Assembly (NCBI GenBank): GCA_001179505.1 | Contig: CDMY01000908.1 | Span: forward strand, 62,001-126,000 | DNA: 64,000 nucleotides | Direction of reading: 5' to 3' | Source of the DNA: Vitrella brassicaformis CCMP3155 | Lineage: Eukaryota > Protista > Chromerida | In this document: positions 52,074-64,000 of the stretch, one piece after another | Layout: every line of letters begins with the position of its first letter | How positions within the stretch are numbered: position 1 is the first letter of the stretch | Notes under the pieces: model-generated | The model's database searches: none | Seen by the model: the letters and a program-made list of their open reading frames with translations, nothing else | Told to the model about the DNA's origin: nothing | Made by a program: the position numbers and the translations under genes

Positions 52074-55019
52074 ATGGCGTGTGAGCCCGAGCAGTCTGAC
52101 CGCGCCGGGCAGTCGTTCGACCTGAGGTGAGCGAGGAGGACTCTCATGTCGGATGGATCTCTCATTCCTGCCGTCTGTGTGGCCCTGTTGGTCTGGCGGG
52201 TCAGCAATGACGAGCACTACGCTGTTCTCTACGGCCGCGCGGGAGCCACCAAGGCCAAACTGGCGCGACTCAGCGGAGCGGGCATCACCATGATGCAGGA
52301 GAGGCGCAAAAAAGGTCAGCAAACGGACGGGTTTGTCTGCAGATGGTCGCTCCATTGCACTGTTTGCACGGTTTGCACGGTGCATGGTGCATGGCGCAGG
52401 TGTGTCTGTGTTTGGGACGCAAGAGCAGCGTGACAAGGCCATCTTCTACATGAAGGTCCTCCTGGCGACCGTCGGCGCGCCGATGGCCAAGGGTTCCGAT
52501 GTCGCTCGGGAGATACCCATGAACTACACCAAGGCAAACACAGCGGGGAGGGGAGGGGAGATGTGTGGGGGGTATGGTGTGTGATGTGATGTGTGTGATA
52601 TGTGTGTGTGTGTGTGTGTGGTTGCAGGTGAAGGGCCGCACGGATCTGTCGCTTGTGGTGGTGCCGCTCGACGCCGTGTCCTACATCGTCGGCAAATACA
52701 GATCGGTACGCACAATGACACACACAGAAGGACACCTGGGGAAGAGAACGAGCAACACAGCAGTGTTTGTGTTTGTGTTTGTGTTTATCTGTGTGGCGTG
52801 TGGTCATGCAGACGATGCACAAGGTGGAGGAATACTGGGACGTCTTCATGCAGTTCGCGTAAGTTTCTCCACATGGATGGCCTGTCCGACCCACGTGTGT
52901 GTGTGTGCATGTTTGGTGTGTGCAGGAGTTTGTCCAAGTACGACCCGTCGCAGCCTTTGGTGGTGGGCCGTCGGCTGGAGGGCATGCCCGAGGCACCCAC
53001 CAACACCGACAAGGCAGACACCACACGCAACACCACCATCGCAATTCTCGGACAGAAGTACACACACATCCATAGAGGCAGCGGGAGAGGAAGCGCACGG
53101 ACAGACACACACATATCGGTATGCGCTGTGTGTGTGTGATGCAGGCGTGGTCGTTTGGGTGCTGAGATCTATGTCATGGGAGCAGTCGAGAAGTGCGTGC
53201 CTGGTCAGTGGGTGGGAGGTGGAGGGGGTCCATGACACATGCGTCTGCTTCCATGTCTCTCTACCTGTGTGTGGTGTGTGGAGGTTTCTACCCCGATGCG
53301 CAGGTGTTCGAGAGTCGCTTCCACAAGACCGCCGGATTCGCTGTCGACAAGGTGGATAGACCCGCCCGCCAACCCGTCGCCACCATCCATATGCTCTGCG
53401 TGTGTGTGTGTGTTCATCAGTATGTGTTGGAGGACGAGAACGCCATGGCATGCGCCGTGCCCATGCTCAACGCCGTCCATTGCGTCCGTATCGAACACCG
53501 CCGGCAACACATCACACCACACCACAACACCCTACACCGCACCACGCCCACCCTCTGTCTGTCTGTCTGTCTGTGTATGTGTCATCCATGCCATGCAGGC
53601 GTCGAATGCGGTTGTCAACCACATCGGTCGTCGTGCGTGTTACATCCTCGGCACTCGAGAGGAGCGGAGGCTGGGCAAGGACTACATCGACCTGGCCATC
53701 GTCCACACCATGATTAAGATCAGACAGCCGCGACCCTTTGCAAGGGCACTCAAGGAACGCGGATTCACTCTCGACGGACGGTAGGCACATAGGCACAACA
53801 GTGGTGCACAGCGAGACATGTGTCTTCTCTGTATGTGTGTGGTGTGTGGTGTGTGGCAGTGAGGACATGACGCGTCACGAGTTCGTTGGGTACTGCAACC
53901 TGGACATCGTTGCCGACATCGCAAAGCGCACCATGACCATCATCATCAGACTCAAGGAGTAAGTAAGAAACAGACCACCCACACACACAGAAAATGACCC
54001 ATCTCTGTTGTGGGCGTTGGTGTAATGTTGTGCAGGTATGACCGTTCGCCCACGCAGCTCTTGTGGGTGTTCGGCAGCAGCAAGGACAACAGGTCGACGG
54101 CCGTCTCGCTCATCGACCGGGCCCGCATCATCCCCTCTCACTTCACAACACTCTCCGACCTCCCCACCGCCCCCAAATCCCCCCCGACACACCGCTGCAC
54201 CACACACTCATGCTCGAGCGATGAGCAGCACCAGTCGCAGCCGCAGCAGCAGCAGCGGGAGGCCCCCCAGCTGCTCCGCCGCTCATCGCACGCCACAACG
54301 ATCGTGTCTCGTGAGAGCTCTGCTGGTGCCCATGATCCCAACAACCATGCGGACTCGCTGCCCGTGTCGGTGGCCACCAGTGTGCTCGACGGCGACGAGG
54401 GAGACGCCGGCAGCCAGCAGCAGCAGCAGCAGGAGGGGAAGGACACAGGGCTGATGCCGATGAGTGAAGAGCAGTATGCCGCGCATTGGCCTTCGCTGTC
54501 AGTGGGCGAGATGACGTCAGAGGACCGCTGCCACTCCTCTCCCACCCGCACACAGCCGCAACAGGACACTGAACGGTCGGCTGCATACATAGAGAGAGAC
54601 ACTCGCGCGAAGGCGGATGAATGAGGGGAATTTCTGTTGTGTGCTGTGTGCAGGTGTGATATGTCTGAGTTGGTGTCTGGGTTGTTGGTGCAGCTGCGGG
54701 GCCGTGCGCTGGCCCTCCAGACACTCACGACATCCGCCGTCAGTCTGCACGACCAGTGCTGCGACAACCTCAAACACCACCAGCAACACAACACAACAGA
54801 CAAGTACCTTCTGAGACACACAAAGTGAGGGGCAAAGGGGGGACCAATATCATGTGTGTGTGCAGCAGTGATGGTCGTGTTGCTGAGTGTGTGGACCGCG
54901 TGTGTGGCGTGCTGCGCGAGGCCAACCGTGACGAGCAGCAGCTGCTGGAGGGCCAGCAGCTGCTCAACGCCAAAATACACCAGGCCTACGCCGAGCTCAA
55001 AGTGGCCTTACACAAGTGA
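52074..55019 (+). CDS. Multi-KH-domain RNA-binding-like protein with C-terminal coiled coil (paralog 1)
   Basis: FDL|SNDEHYAVLYGRAGATKAKLARLSGAGI (KH GxxG loop); VSVFGTQEQRDKAIFYMKVLL; VVVPLDAVSYIVGKYRSTMHKVEEYW; ILGTREERRLGKDYI. Collinear with the gene at 60998-63919. Confidence 0.75.
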
Positions 55020-55578
55020 CTGCGGATCCAGTGCCCTCAGACATATCGACAGACAGACAGAAAGAGACAGAAAGAGACAGACAGGCATGCCCATCTATCT
55101 ATCGGTGTGGTGGTGTCTGTGTGGGTGGATGAGTGAGTGAGTGAGGCCCGGCTCCCATGCGCCGAGAGGAAAGGGTGGACGGACACATATATTGGTGGAC
55201 AGTGGCGTGTGTGCATCCACACACATTCATGTTCATGTATGGAACTCTCTGCGTGGATGCGCTGATCGCATCCGTGACAGTCTTATAATACAGATCAATT
55301 CATCTCAGGTCATCCTCAGACATTTGTCCCGGGGCGGAGAGAACATCAAGATCTTCCTGGCCAGAAAGAGGTGGGGGCCGCATGCAATGCAATGCCCCCT
55401 GCGTCTCAAAGGTGTTTCGGTTCTCGTTGCAAGCAGTGCAGCATCTAATTGCTCCCAGATCTCTCTGGCTCTCTCGCCTAGAGCTCCCCTGTCCCTCTTC
55501 ATTTCCGCACACCCACACCCCTTTGCACACCCCTGTCGCTGAAGCCGTCTCCACACCCCAGACAGCCCCAGCCGCGCG

Positions 55579-56902
55579 ATGCTCTCCCTGAAGAAGCGTC
55601 TGGCAGTGCGGCCAGCCGGCACTGAGTCTCGCGGGGGGATCCGTCCGCTCCGCATCCTCCGCCGCCTGTTCGGGAAGAAGGGACACAAAGAAGAGGGCTT
55701 CATGCCCTTCAACCGCTCCTGGCTGGACCCCGTGCCGCCTCCACGGCCAGCACAGACTCAGAAGACCATCATCCGCCCCACCCGTCCACCCAGCAGAAGG
55801 CGGACCACATCCACCCGCCCCAGCACCCCTTTGCAGACGATTGACGAGGAGTCGGTTTCCATCTACAAGGCTCCCAACGTGAACGACGTCAGCTGGTTCC
55901 TGGAGGCGCTGGGCGAGGCGGAGACAGCCTTCATCAAACAGGCCATAAGGGAAGAGGCGTCCAAGACAACAACGGAGGAGTACATCCGAGGGTACTCCCA
56001 GGCCGCGACAGTAACCCGACCACTGGCAGGCCGTCAGAGCGCTGTGACGAAGAGAAAGCGACAAGAAGTTTCTCGAGGCGAGACAGCGCCAGCCTCATTG
56101 GAGAGGGCAAGCACACATGGACACGGCGACCGCCAAAGGTGGGCTCATGGCCAGTATGAGACACAGTCCATGCGTAGTCCTCTTTATTCAGCTGCTTGTC
56201 TGACTCCTTACCTTCTTCAGGCCCATGGATGCAGTGATAAGTATCTCACCTGCGTCGTCTTCTTCTTCCCACGGCAACCGCGACACTCAGAGGTACGCGC
56301 GAGCAGTAGAAGAGGCGGCAGATGCACTGTCCCCCTGATTCGTTCCTCTACTTACCTTTTGCAGGCCGAAAGCCCGGGAGGACTCACGGCCGCTCCCCAA
56401 GGCACGCAACAAGACCCCCGAAGAATACAACAGAGATTCGCTGTTCCGGGACAGCCTCCGTGAGGCGGCGCGAGGGGTCACATTCAACGATGTGCGCCTA
56501 GATGGGTGCATTGAAGATTTCATGACCTCGAAGGCTTCCCCGGAGCAAGACAACAACGTCAAGAGGTGGGTGGGCGGATGGGGCACGAGACATGACAGAC
56601 AATCTGTCTCAAAATTCGCTGCCTCGCCTTTGTTTTGCAGCACCGTAATCGCCACCTTTATGACCCGGATCACAGCAGCGTACTCCAGCTGCTGCACCTG
56701 CCGACACGCCTCACAGGCGGCCATCGAGACGGCGCTCGAGCTCGACTTCACCGCCGACCTCCCGTCAGCGTCCCCATCATGTCGGTCCCTCGTGAGTTCC
56801 ATTCTGCGGCTCCTCGAGAAGGAATCCGCGACGGACCGGCACAGTGGGGGGGCGGGGGGTGAGGAGAAGGACAGCCGAATGGAGATGCTGCGATGTCATT
56901 GA
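55579..56902 (+). CDS. Hypothetical protein, no recognised domain
   Basis: Long first exon MLSLKKRLAV...; downstream GT-AG exons PKAREDSRP...DNNVK|STVIATFM...EMLRCH*. Confidence 0.5.
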
Positions 56903-57338
56903 GTGTGGCCGAGCTGCTTGTGGTGATGGCGTGTGTGATGACGAACGAGCTGACACAGCGAGGGGTGTGCTGCCGGGCGGATGTTGGAGGGTCAGGGCGG
57001 ACGAATGGGCGGACGAGGGGAGTTAAAGGGACGGCATGACAGAGGCCTGCCTGCACAAGGCAGCAGCGGCTTGGAGAGGAGACATGACATGTTGCAGCCG
57101 GCAAATCTCGATATGACGCGGCGAGGGGGCTGAGGGCTGATGTGATCCACCGCCCCCCCAAGTTGCTTACTTCTTGTGGTGATGCGGCCGTGTGTGATGA
57201 TGAAGGAAGCGACACTTGAAGGAGTGTGCGGAGCGTTGGAGTCAGTCAGTCAATCGTGGGGAAGTCTCATGATCAGGACGTGACGGACAGACGGCAGAAT
57301 GCCGGGGAATGAAGGGATGACAGACACAAAGGCGGCTG

Positions 57339-57638
57339 NNNNNNNNNNNNNNNNNNNNNNNNNNNNNNNNNNNNNNNNNNNNNNNNNNNNNNNNNNNNNN
57401 NNNNNNNNNNNNNNNNNNNNNNNNNNNNNNNNNNNNNNNNNNNNNNNNNNNNNNNNNNNNNNNNNNNNNNNNNNNNNNNNNNNNNNNNNNNNNNNNNNNN
57501 NNNNNNNNNNNNNNNNNNNNNNNNNNNNNNNNNNNNNNNNNNNNNNNNNNNNNNNNNNNNNNNNNNNNNNNNNNNNNNNNNNNNNNNNNNNNNNNNNNNN
57601 NNNNNNNNNNNNNNNNNNNNNNNNNNNNNNNNNNNNNN
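57339..57638. other. Assembly gap (300 N)
   Basis: Run of N. Confidence 1.
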
Positions 57639-59029
57639 CAGCGTCTCGCGGGTGCCAGTTGCTCGGCTTGACGCACCCAGCCATTCAAGAGGCCAGCACA
57701 GTGACGGAGAGCCCAGATGGAAGAAGGCCAGCAGTTGGTTCGTCAAAAGGAGCCGAGTGAGACGGGGCTGCCGCGGCCCGCACCACACAGCAGCGAAACA
57801 TGGACATGAAGGGCCAACCCAACCCAAGTCAACCTGGTGGGCCGACACGGAATATGCACTCTCAACACCACACACACACACACCTGGTGTGTTGGTATTT
57901 ATCCGACTGATTCGCAGCAAAGACACCCGGACAGCGTGCTTCTGTCGAGCGGCGCGCCCGGGACACAGTTGACAGGTGAGTTGGCGACGCATTAGTCACA
58001 CGAAGGGGCAGAGTTCTCAGTGATCATTCTTCTCTCTGTTGGCTGATTGTTCATGTGTGTGCAGGAGCTCTCTCCTGACGCACGTCGGCTTTCCGACAAC
58101 CGGCCTGTCTGAAGACGCGTACGACCACAGGTATGGAGGCACACTCAACGAAGCACACATACAGGGAGGGCCCAAACAGACACACATCCATCCATTTGCG
58201 TGATGCAGGCTGGCAATGGTGCCGGGAACCCAGTCCAGTGTCTCTCAACGGCCCCCGGCAAAGTCCTTTCGCAAGATGACACCAGAAAGCGCGAGGGAGT
58301 CACAGTCCACTCGAACATCCTGAGAGAGACAGTGGAGAGCCATCGAAGCCGACACCGATTGTACTGTACACGTTTGTATGGCTGCGAATGCCCACAATAG
58401 AAGTGTCAGCTGGCCATCTCCCTCTGCCTTCCTCCCAGCCCCCATCTGGTGGCAGGACTTGTCGTCTCTCTATTGCCCTTCGCTGTCTCCCGCCCTCTGT
58501 CCGGCTGCCTGCATCTCGGGGGCTGTTGTCTGTCTGGCTGTCTGGCCGTGTGGCGAGATGAATGGATGGATGGACAGCCAAGGAGGGGATCGCATGTGGG
58601 GTGCCGCTGATGGGATGGGATGGACGGACGGATGGTGAAATGGATCGAGGGAAAGACAGGCAGTGTGTTGTGGTGCGATGGATACGATACGGGTGCGGGC
58701 GACGCGATGGAACGATCCGTGTCTCTCGAGTGGTGGATGCGATTGAGATGTGTACGTGTGTGTGACGCTGGCTGGTGCGGTGCATGTGGGTGGGAAAAGA
58801 CTCTGTCTGTGATTCCATCCATCCATCTGAATACTTGGAGGCAATCAAGCAGCCAATTGAGGTATCGCGGAGATCGTCTCGGCCAGTTTGTCTGTCACCA
58901 GCACTTGTTTGTCTGCACACTCTCCGTCGTATCGACACAGTCACACATACAGCCAGCAAGTCCCTCGACAGACAGACCGACCATACGCACCCAACGCGCA
59001 CCACCGCCGACCATTTGGCTGCCTGGCTG

Positions 59030-60394
59030 TCACTCGAAGATCTGTCTGATTGTGTCGACTTCGCTTCTGCCGTCGAGAAAGGACCCCAGCAGCTTCTCCA
59101 CATGAGCCCGAAAAGCATCCCTTTGGGCGGTGTCCAGGTGCACCAGCGCCCCCTTAACCACCACACCCAAAGGCGACAGCAGGGGGGAAATGTCGCTAAG
59201 GGGGTCGTCACCACCATCACGGTCACTATCACGGTCACCATCAACCTCCTCCCCCTGTGTGTCGCCATTCTCATTATTCTCGTTGTGACCCCGCTGCTGC
59301 TGCTGCTGCTGCTGGCGTTGGATGGCGAGGAGGCGTCTGTGCAGCTGCATGCTCTCGAGCCGAAACAGCTCCTGCCACAGGGGGAGGCTCCGCGGCAAAA
59401 CACGCACACCCCTGATCGATAAAGATAGAGTGCACCCGCCTGTGTGTGTGAGGATGTGTGTGTGTGTATCCCTCCATTCATTCACACCTGAGCATTATGA
59501 TGCGTGCGGTTTTGATGTTTTTGTGCTGCACGTGGTGGTTGGCCGCCACCAGATAGAACCGGTGCTCGTGCGGGTGGTACGCCAGACCCTGCACACACAC
59601 ACAGACACACACACAGGGGTGGGTAAGCGACACAGACATCCAGTGTCATCGACCACTCCCTCCCTCCCCTGTGCGCCCCGCACCCACCCGTGTGATGGCC
59701 TTGAGCAGCTGCCTGGTCGACCCCACAGACAGACAAAAGTTCAGATACTCGTACCTGACCCATCGCAAGGAGGAACACCACACACACTTGTATGTGACTC
59801 AAAGTGCGTCGTCTGCCCACGTGTGTGTGTGCCGCCGTCTGCTCACCAGAGTGGCTTGTCGTGGTTGAACTTCTCAAGAGCACGGTGGAACAGAAAGTGC
59901 AGCCGACGGATCCCTACACGCATTCACACAATCAGACAAAGCCACCTTGTGCTTGGCTGCCTGGCTGATTCACTGACTGACTGACTGACTGACTCACCGG
60001 CGATGTCGCTGAGTGTCTTCGTCTTCCACCCGATCTTCCGGCTGCGGTGGGTACGCAGAGACTCCTGCACACACACACACACACACACAAAAGGCACACA
60101 GACAGACAGACCCGTCAATGAACCAGTGAACAAAAACTCAGCAAAGATCCCTGCTGTGACCCGATTCCCACATCCGTCTACATCCACAGCCATACGTACC
60201 AGGGCCATTTCATATTGGATGTAGCGCATGAATGGTTCCAGCGTCACGTGGGCCTTGTTCATGAGTTGGTACTCGAAGTCCCGCCTCCTGCCGGCCATCT
60301 GCCTCAGCTCCTCGCGCGTGAAGATGCGCTTCTGCTCCAGGTCGCGGTACTCGGGCACCTGGGACTCCAGATACGCTTGAACACGGTCAGCCAT
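59030..60394 (-). CDS. UTP6: U3 snoRNA-associated protein 6 (HAT repeats); 3' exons unresolved and probably extend toward the gap
   Basis: MADRVQAYLESQVPEYRDLEQKRIFTREELRQMAGRRRDFEYQL; FMRYIQYEMAL; IRRLHFLFHRALEKF; KPLW|YEYLNFC; ARIIMLR|GVRVLPRSLPLWQELFRLE. Confidence 0.85.
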
Positions 60395-60997
60395 ACGGAG
60401 AAACAGTCGGAAGAAGACGATGGAATTGTCAATCAATCGAGATGGATGGAGGATTGTGCACGGGTCGGGATGCACACACAAGGCTGCCTTTTTGCTTGTG
60501 CGCAAAGATCTGCGAGCTGAGCCGACATCTGCGCGCTCAGCTCACACCGTTTCCCCATTCTTTGCTTCTTTTCTGCCGCTCATATCGTTTGTGTGAGCCT
60601 CTGCTGAGATCTTTTTCGGACAACCGTCACCTCCTCCGACCAGACGTGTGCCTCTCTCGCGCCTCGTGCCGACTGGGGAGGAGGCAGATCTGCTCCCTGC
60701 GGACACACACAACACAGGTACGAAGCCGGTGCCGCTGCCTGCCTCTCTGCCCGGAATCTCTTGCAAGTTTTCGCTGCCCGCTGCTGCCTGTCTGTGCAGG
60801 TATCTCTCGTGTCGCGCAGAAGGGCGTTTGGTCGGTTGTGAGCGGAGCGGGCCCCTCTCAGACACCCACCCACCCGCCAGAAACAGAGCAGTAAGCAGAC
60901 ACGAATGGGACAAGGTGCCAAACACACCAGCAGGCAGTGCACAAGTCGTGCGGTGTGCGGTGTGGTGTGTGAGGTGTGTGTGTAGAGGGAGGAGAGG

Positions 60998-63919
60998 GAG
61001 TGATGTTGGGGTTTGAGTGGACGTACGACAAGTCGGGTCACGCCACCCCGAACGGCCGCACTGAGGCGTGCGAGACGCTGACCCTCAAATGGCGCGAGGA
61101 GGTCCTCCTTCTGCTCGGCCAACACGGGTACCGCCGCAACCTCGTGTGTCGCCTCAGCCAGGCTGGCGTCGACATCAGATCACCCAACTCACCACGACCA
61201 TGTACTCACTGACTGATTGAGGGAGGGAGGCACGGCACACACCGCCAGGATCTGCAATTTGACGGACGGACACATCTCATCTCCCCGTTGCTTGTCGGTC
61301 GGTGTGTGGTGTGCAGATGTGACTGTTAGCGGCCCCGATGCGTCGCGCGAGCGTGCCAAGTGGTACATCGAGCAGCTGCTGGCGCAGGTGCGGTGCAGGA
61401 TCGATGGCAGTCCGACCGAGCTCACCAACACCATCGACATGGCCGTCATCCGCAAGCGCACCGACGTCACCGTCGCCACACTGCCCAGAAACTCACTCGG
61501 ATTCGTTTGCGGCAAAAAAAGGCAGGTCGGTACGCTACTCACCTATCTGCATCCAGACCCAACAAACCACACACCACACCACACCAAATGCACCTGTGTG
61601 GATCGGTTCTCTCTCTCTGTCTGTGTGTCAATGCTTGTGCTTCCTTCAGAACATGCAGAGTATCGAGGAGACGTTTGACGTGTTGGTTTTCTTTGTGACT
61701 GTGGTTGGGTACGACCCCAGCCGGCTGGTGGAGGAGCAGCTCGGCCACACCCTCGACGGCCTCCCCCGGCCGCCCGTCGACTCGCCACTCGAACACACCA
61801 ACGCCCTCATCGTCGGCAGGACGCGCAACCGCATCGCCGCACTACTCACCATCATGGGCGCCACCGCCGCCATTATGCCTGGTACGATACACACGCATGG
61901 ATGGATGGAGGAGGGCGTCAGCTGAGCCGTTTGTGTGTGTGCCTGTGCCTGGGCGTTTGTGTGTGTGTGTGTCTGTCAGATTACTATGTGGTGGATGGGT
62001 ATGGGAAGAACCGTTTCAGCGACGCCCCTGGCATGGCTGTCGACGAGGTGGGTGGGTGTGCTTGCCCTGGGCGGACGGATGGCTGGATGGATGTGGCTCA
62101 CACATGTCTGTCTGCATCAATGTGTGTGCGCATTCGGCAGTATTGCATCGCTGAGGGTTCGCCCAGCATCCACTCGACGTATCTGCATCGCGTCGCCCGA
62201 CTCATGATCACGTGCATGGGCAATGGGCTCTACTTCATCGCTGGTAGACACACACACACACACACACACATGCTTGCAAGCACGGATGGCAGCGCATTTG
62301 GTTGATCGGTCTACGCAGGTACCCCCGATGAGCGTCGTCGCGGCAAGGAGTACCTGGACATCACGGTGGCCTTCTCCAGGGCCACCCTTCACAGCCGGCC
62401 AGAGCGATACGCCGCATTCAAAGAATACCTCCACGAATCAGGCATCCACATGCACAACAGGTGGGCTGCCTGACGGTTTGTTTACTCTGCCAGAAACAGA
62501 CGTACACACATCGACTGCTCCCTCCCTCCCTCCCTGCCTACGTGTGTGTCTTTTCACAAGGAATGACATGGAGCGGTTGGAGGTGCCGGAACCCCCCGAG
62601 CGGCCCCGCGACATCGCACTCGAGTGCGGCACATTCGTGTTCGTATTCGACCCGCCCACCCCGTACGCAGCAACTGATATTGGCACCGACCTCTCAGACA
62701 GACAGATCCATTCTGTTTATTTATGGGTGTTGCAGGTCTGCCCCCTATCAGGTGGTCATCGTGAGCACCCAGAGGGACAACCGCGACCGAGCGAGGTCCA
62801 TTGTCCTCTCTGCTGCCGGCCAGCTGCCCGGGCGACGGACACCCAACGGGGCGTCTGCCGGCGGCATCACCCCCTCCCACTCCCATTACTCCTCATCCCA
62901 CTCCCGCTACCCCCGCTCATTTTCCGACGCCGTCTCCAACACCTACCTCACCATCGACTCGCCGTCCGCGGCGTCCAGCAAGCCCGTGCTGCCCAAGACC
63001 ACACCACACACAGAGAGTGAGACCGACAACGACCACACCCACACAACGCCCACGCAGTCGTTCGGCTCGTCCTTCGAGGAGTCCGGCCGTTCGTCGGGGT
63101 GTGGGGGCGGCGGCCCCGTCAGCGGGAGGACGACCAATGGCGTCGGCAGCATTGGCTATGACGACAACATCGGATTCCCCACGGAGGAGTCCGAGGAGTC
63201 CGAACGCGACGATGACGACAACGGAGGCGAAGAGGGGAGGTCTGTGTGCGACGACATCGAGTGTCAGCAGCAGTACTGCCAGGAAGGGGCAGCCGCAGAG
63301 GGCGGCGGCGGCGAGGCACAGATGCCCAACGGCACCGGCGGGTCGCAGCACAAGTGAGCGACCGAGGCACATCCATCCATGATGTATCGTCTCGTCTGTC
63401 TGTCTGTCTGTGTGTGTGCAGCGGGTGTTTCCCCTCACTGTTGTCGTCCACGTCGGTGTCTCCCTCTCCCTCTCCCCAGCACGCCGCATTGGATGCGTGT
63501 GGTCGGCTGGGGGCCCTGGACACCGCCGTGCGCGACCTGGCCGCCTACGCCGACGACCTCGAGGGCGAGGTGCGAGACGTCGAGGACCGCAACGCATACC
63601 TCACACATCGCAACACGCAACTCGAACAAAAGAGCCCCGAACGGTAGGCATTACTTATGGGGTGGGGGACGTATCTATCTCTTTGTTGATGTGTGTGGAT
63701 GCGTGTAGGTATTGTGAGGAGCATCTGATGCAGCTGACCAGCATCGAGGCCATCGACGACTTCATCGCAGGGTGCAAGGAGGCCCTCAACACGATCGTCG
63801 GCGACCAGGGGAGGCTGGTCAACATGGTCAACCAGGCCTACCAACACGTGCACGCGGGCCAGCAGGGGGGCAGCAGTGGCAGCTCGCACGGTGCCAAAGG
63901 CGTGGCCTGCAACAAGTGA
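60998..63919 (+). CDS. Multi-KH-domain RNA-binding-like protein with C-terminal coiled coil (paralog 2); start uncertain
   Basis: LLLGQHGYRRNLVCRLSQAGV; VTVSGPDASRERAKWYIEQLL; TLPRNSLGFVCGKKRQ|NMQSIEETF; IA|GTPDERRRGKEYL; ends ...GVACNK*. Confidence 0.75.
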
Positions 63920-64000
63920 TCTAGCTAGCTTGATAAGTAGATGGATGGAGGGAGGGAGACCAATCGAGAAAGGTGTCTGTCTATGTGTGTGCGCGGGCTT

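Noticed and set aside
52925-52985. LSKYDPSQPLVVGR resembling Fringe/GT31 glycosyltransferases
   Set aside because: No DxD motif, and the gene aligns collinearly with the KH paralog at 61-64 kb.
57640-58900. Candidate downstream UTP6 exons
   Set aside because: Several GT-AG segments exist but frames could not be linked unambiguously, so they were not annotated.

Overview
Intron-dense, GC-rich eukaryotic DNA. The microsatellite-filled introns ((CA)n, (GACA)n, (GATG)n, (CCTG)n) and the gene families point to the chromerid alveolate Vitrella brassicaformis (inference; no search run). Manual splicing gives about 20 gene loci. Conserved genes: DIS3L2-type RNase II, PUFA-type ELO elongase, importin-7/8, phosphoglucomutase, a Cid1/TRF4/GLD-2-type nucleotidyltransferase, HPF1, a HOOK protein, intron-containing histone H3 (H3.3-like) and UTP6. 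Also present: two paralogous multi-KH proteins, an IQ-motif protein, a Tudor-like/F-box-like lineage-specific protein, a small membrane protein, an orphan, and four divergent kinase loci. The most unusual signal is a recurring cassette. Two loci (5.9-7.8 kb and 39.2-44.5 kb) share a telomere-like 5' motif, a homologous internal exon/intron junction and a 3' motif, yet carry different cargo: two kinds of kinase, an ankyrin fragment, and an F-box/LRR-family fragment inserted in the middle of a kinase. This looks like gene-fragment capture or exon shuffling. Other oddities: a decayed copy of the nucleotidyltransferase active site just behind its own stop codon, a 65-bp perfect direct repeat bracketing one kinase, a possible DIS3L2-IQ fusion, GC-AG introns, and a roughly 7-kb microsatellite-free domain. 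There are two 300-N assembly gaps. No rRNA, tRNA, CRISPR array or transposase was recognised. Gene boundaries come from manual splicing and some are approximate.
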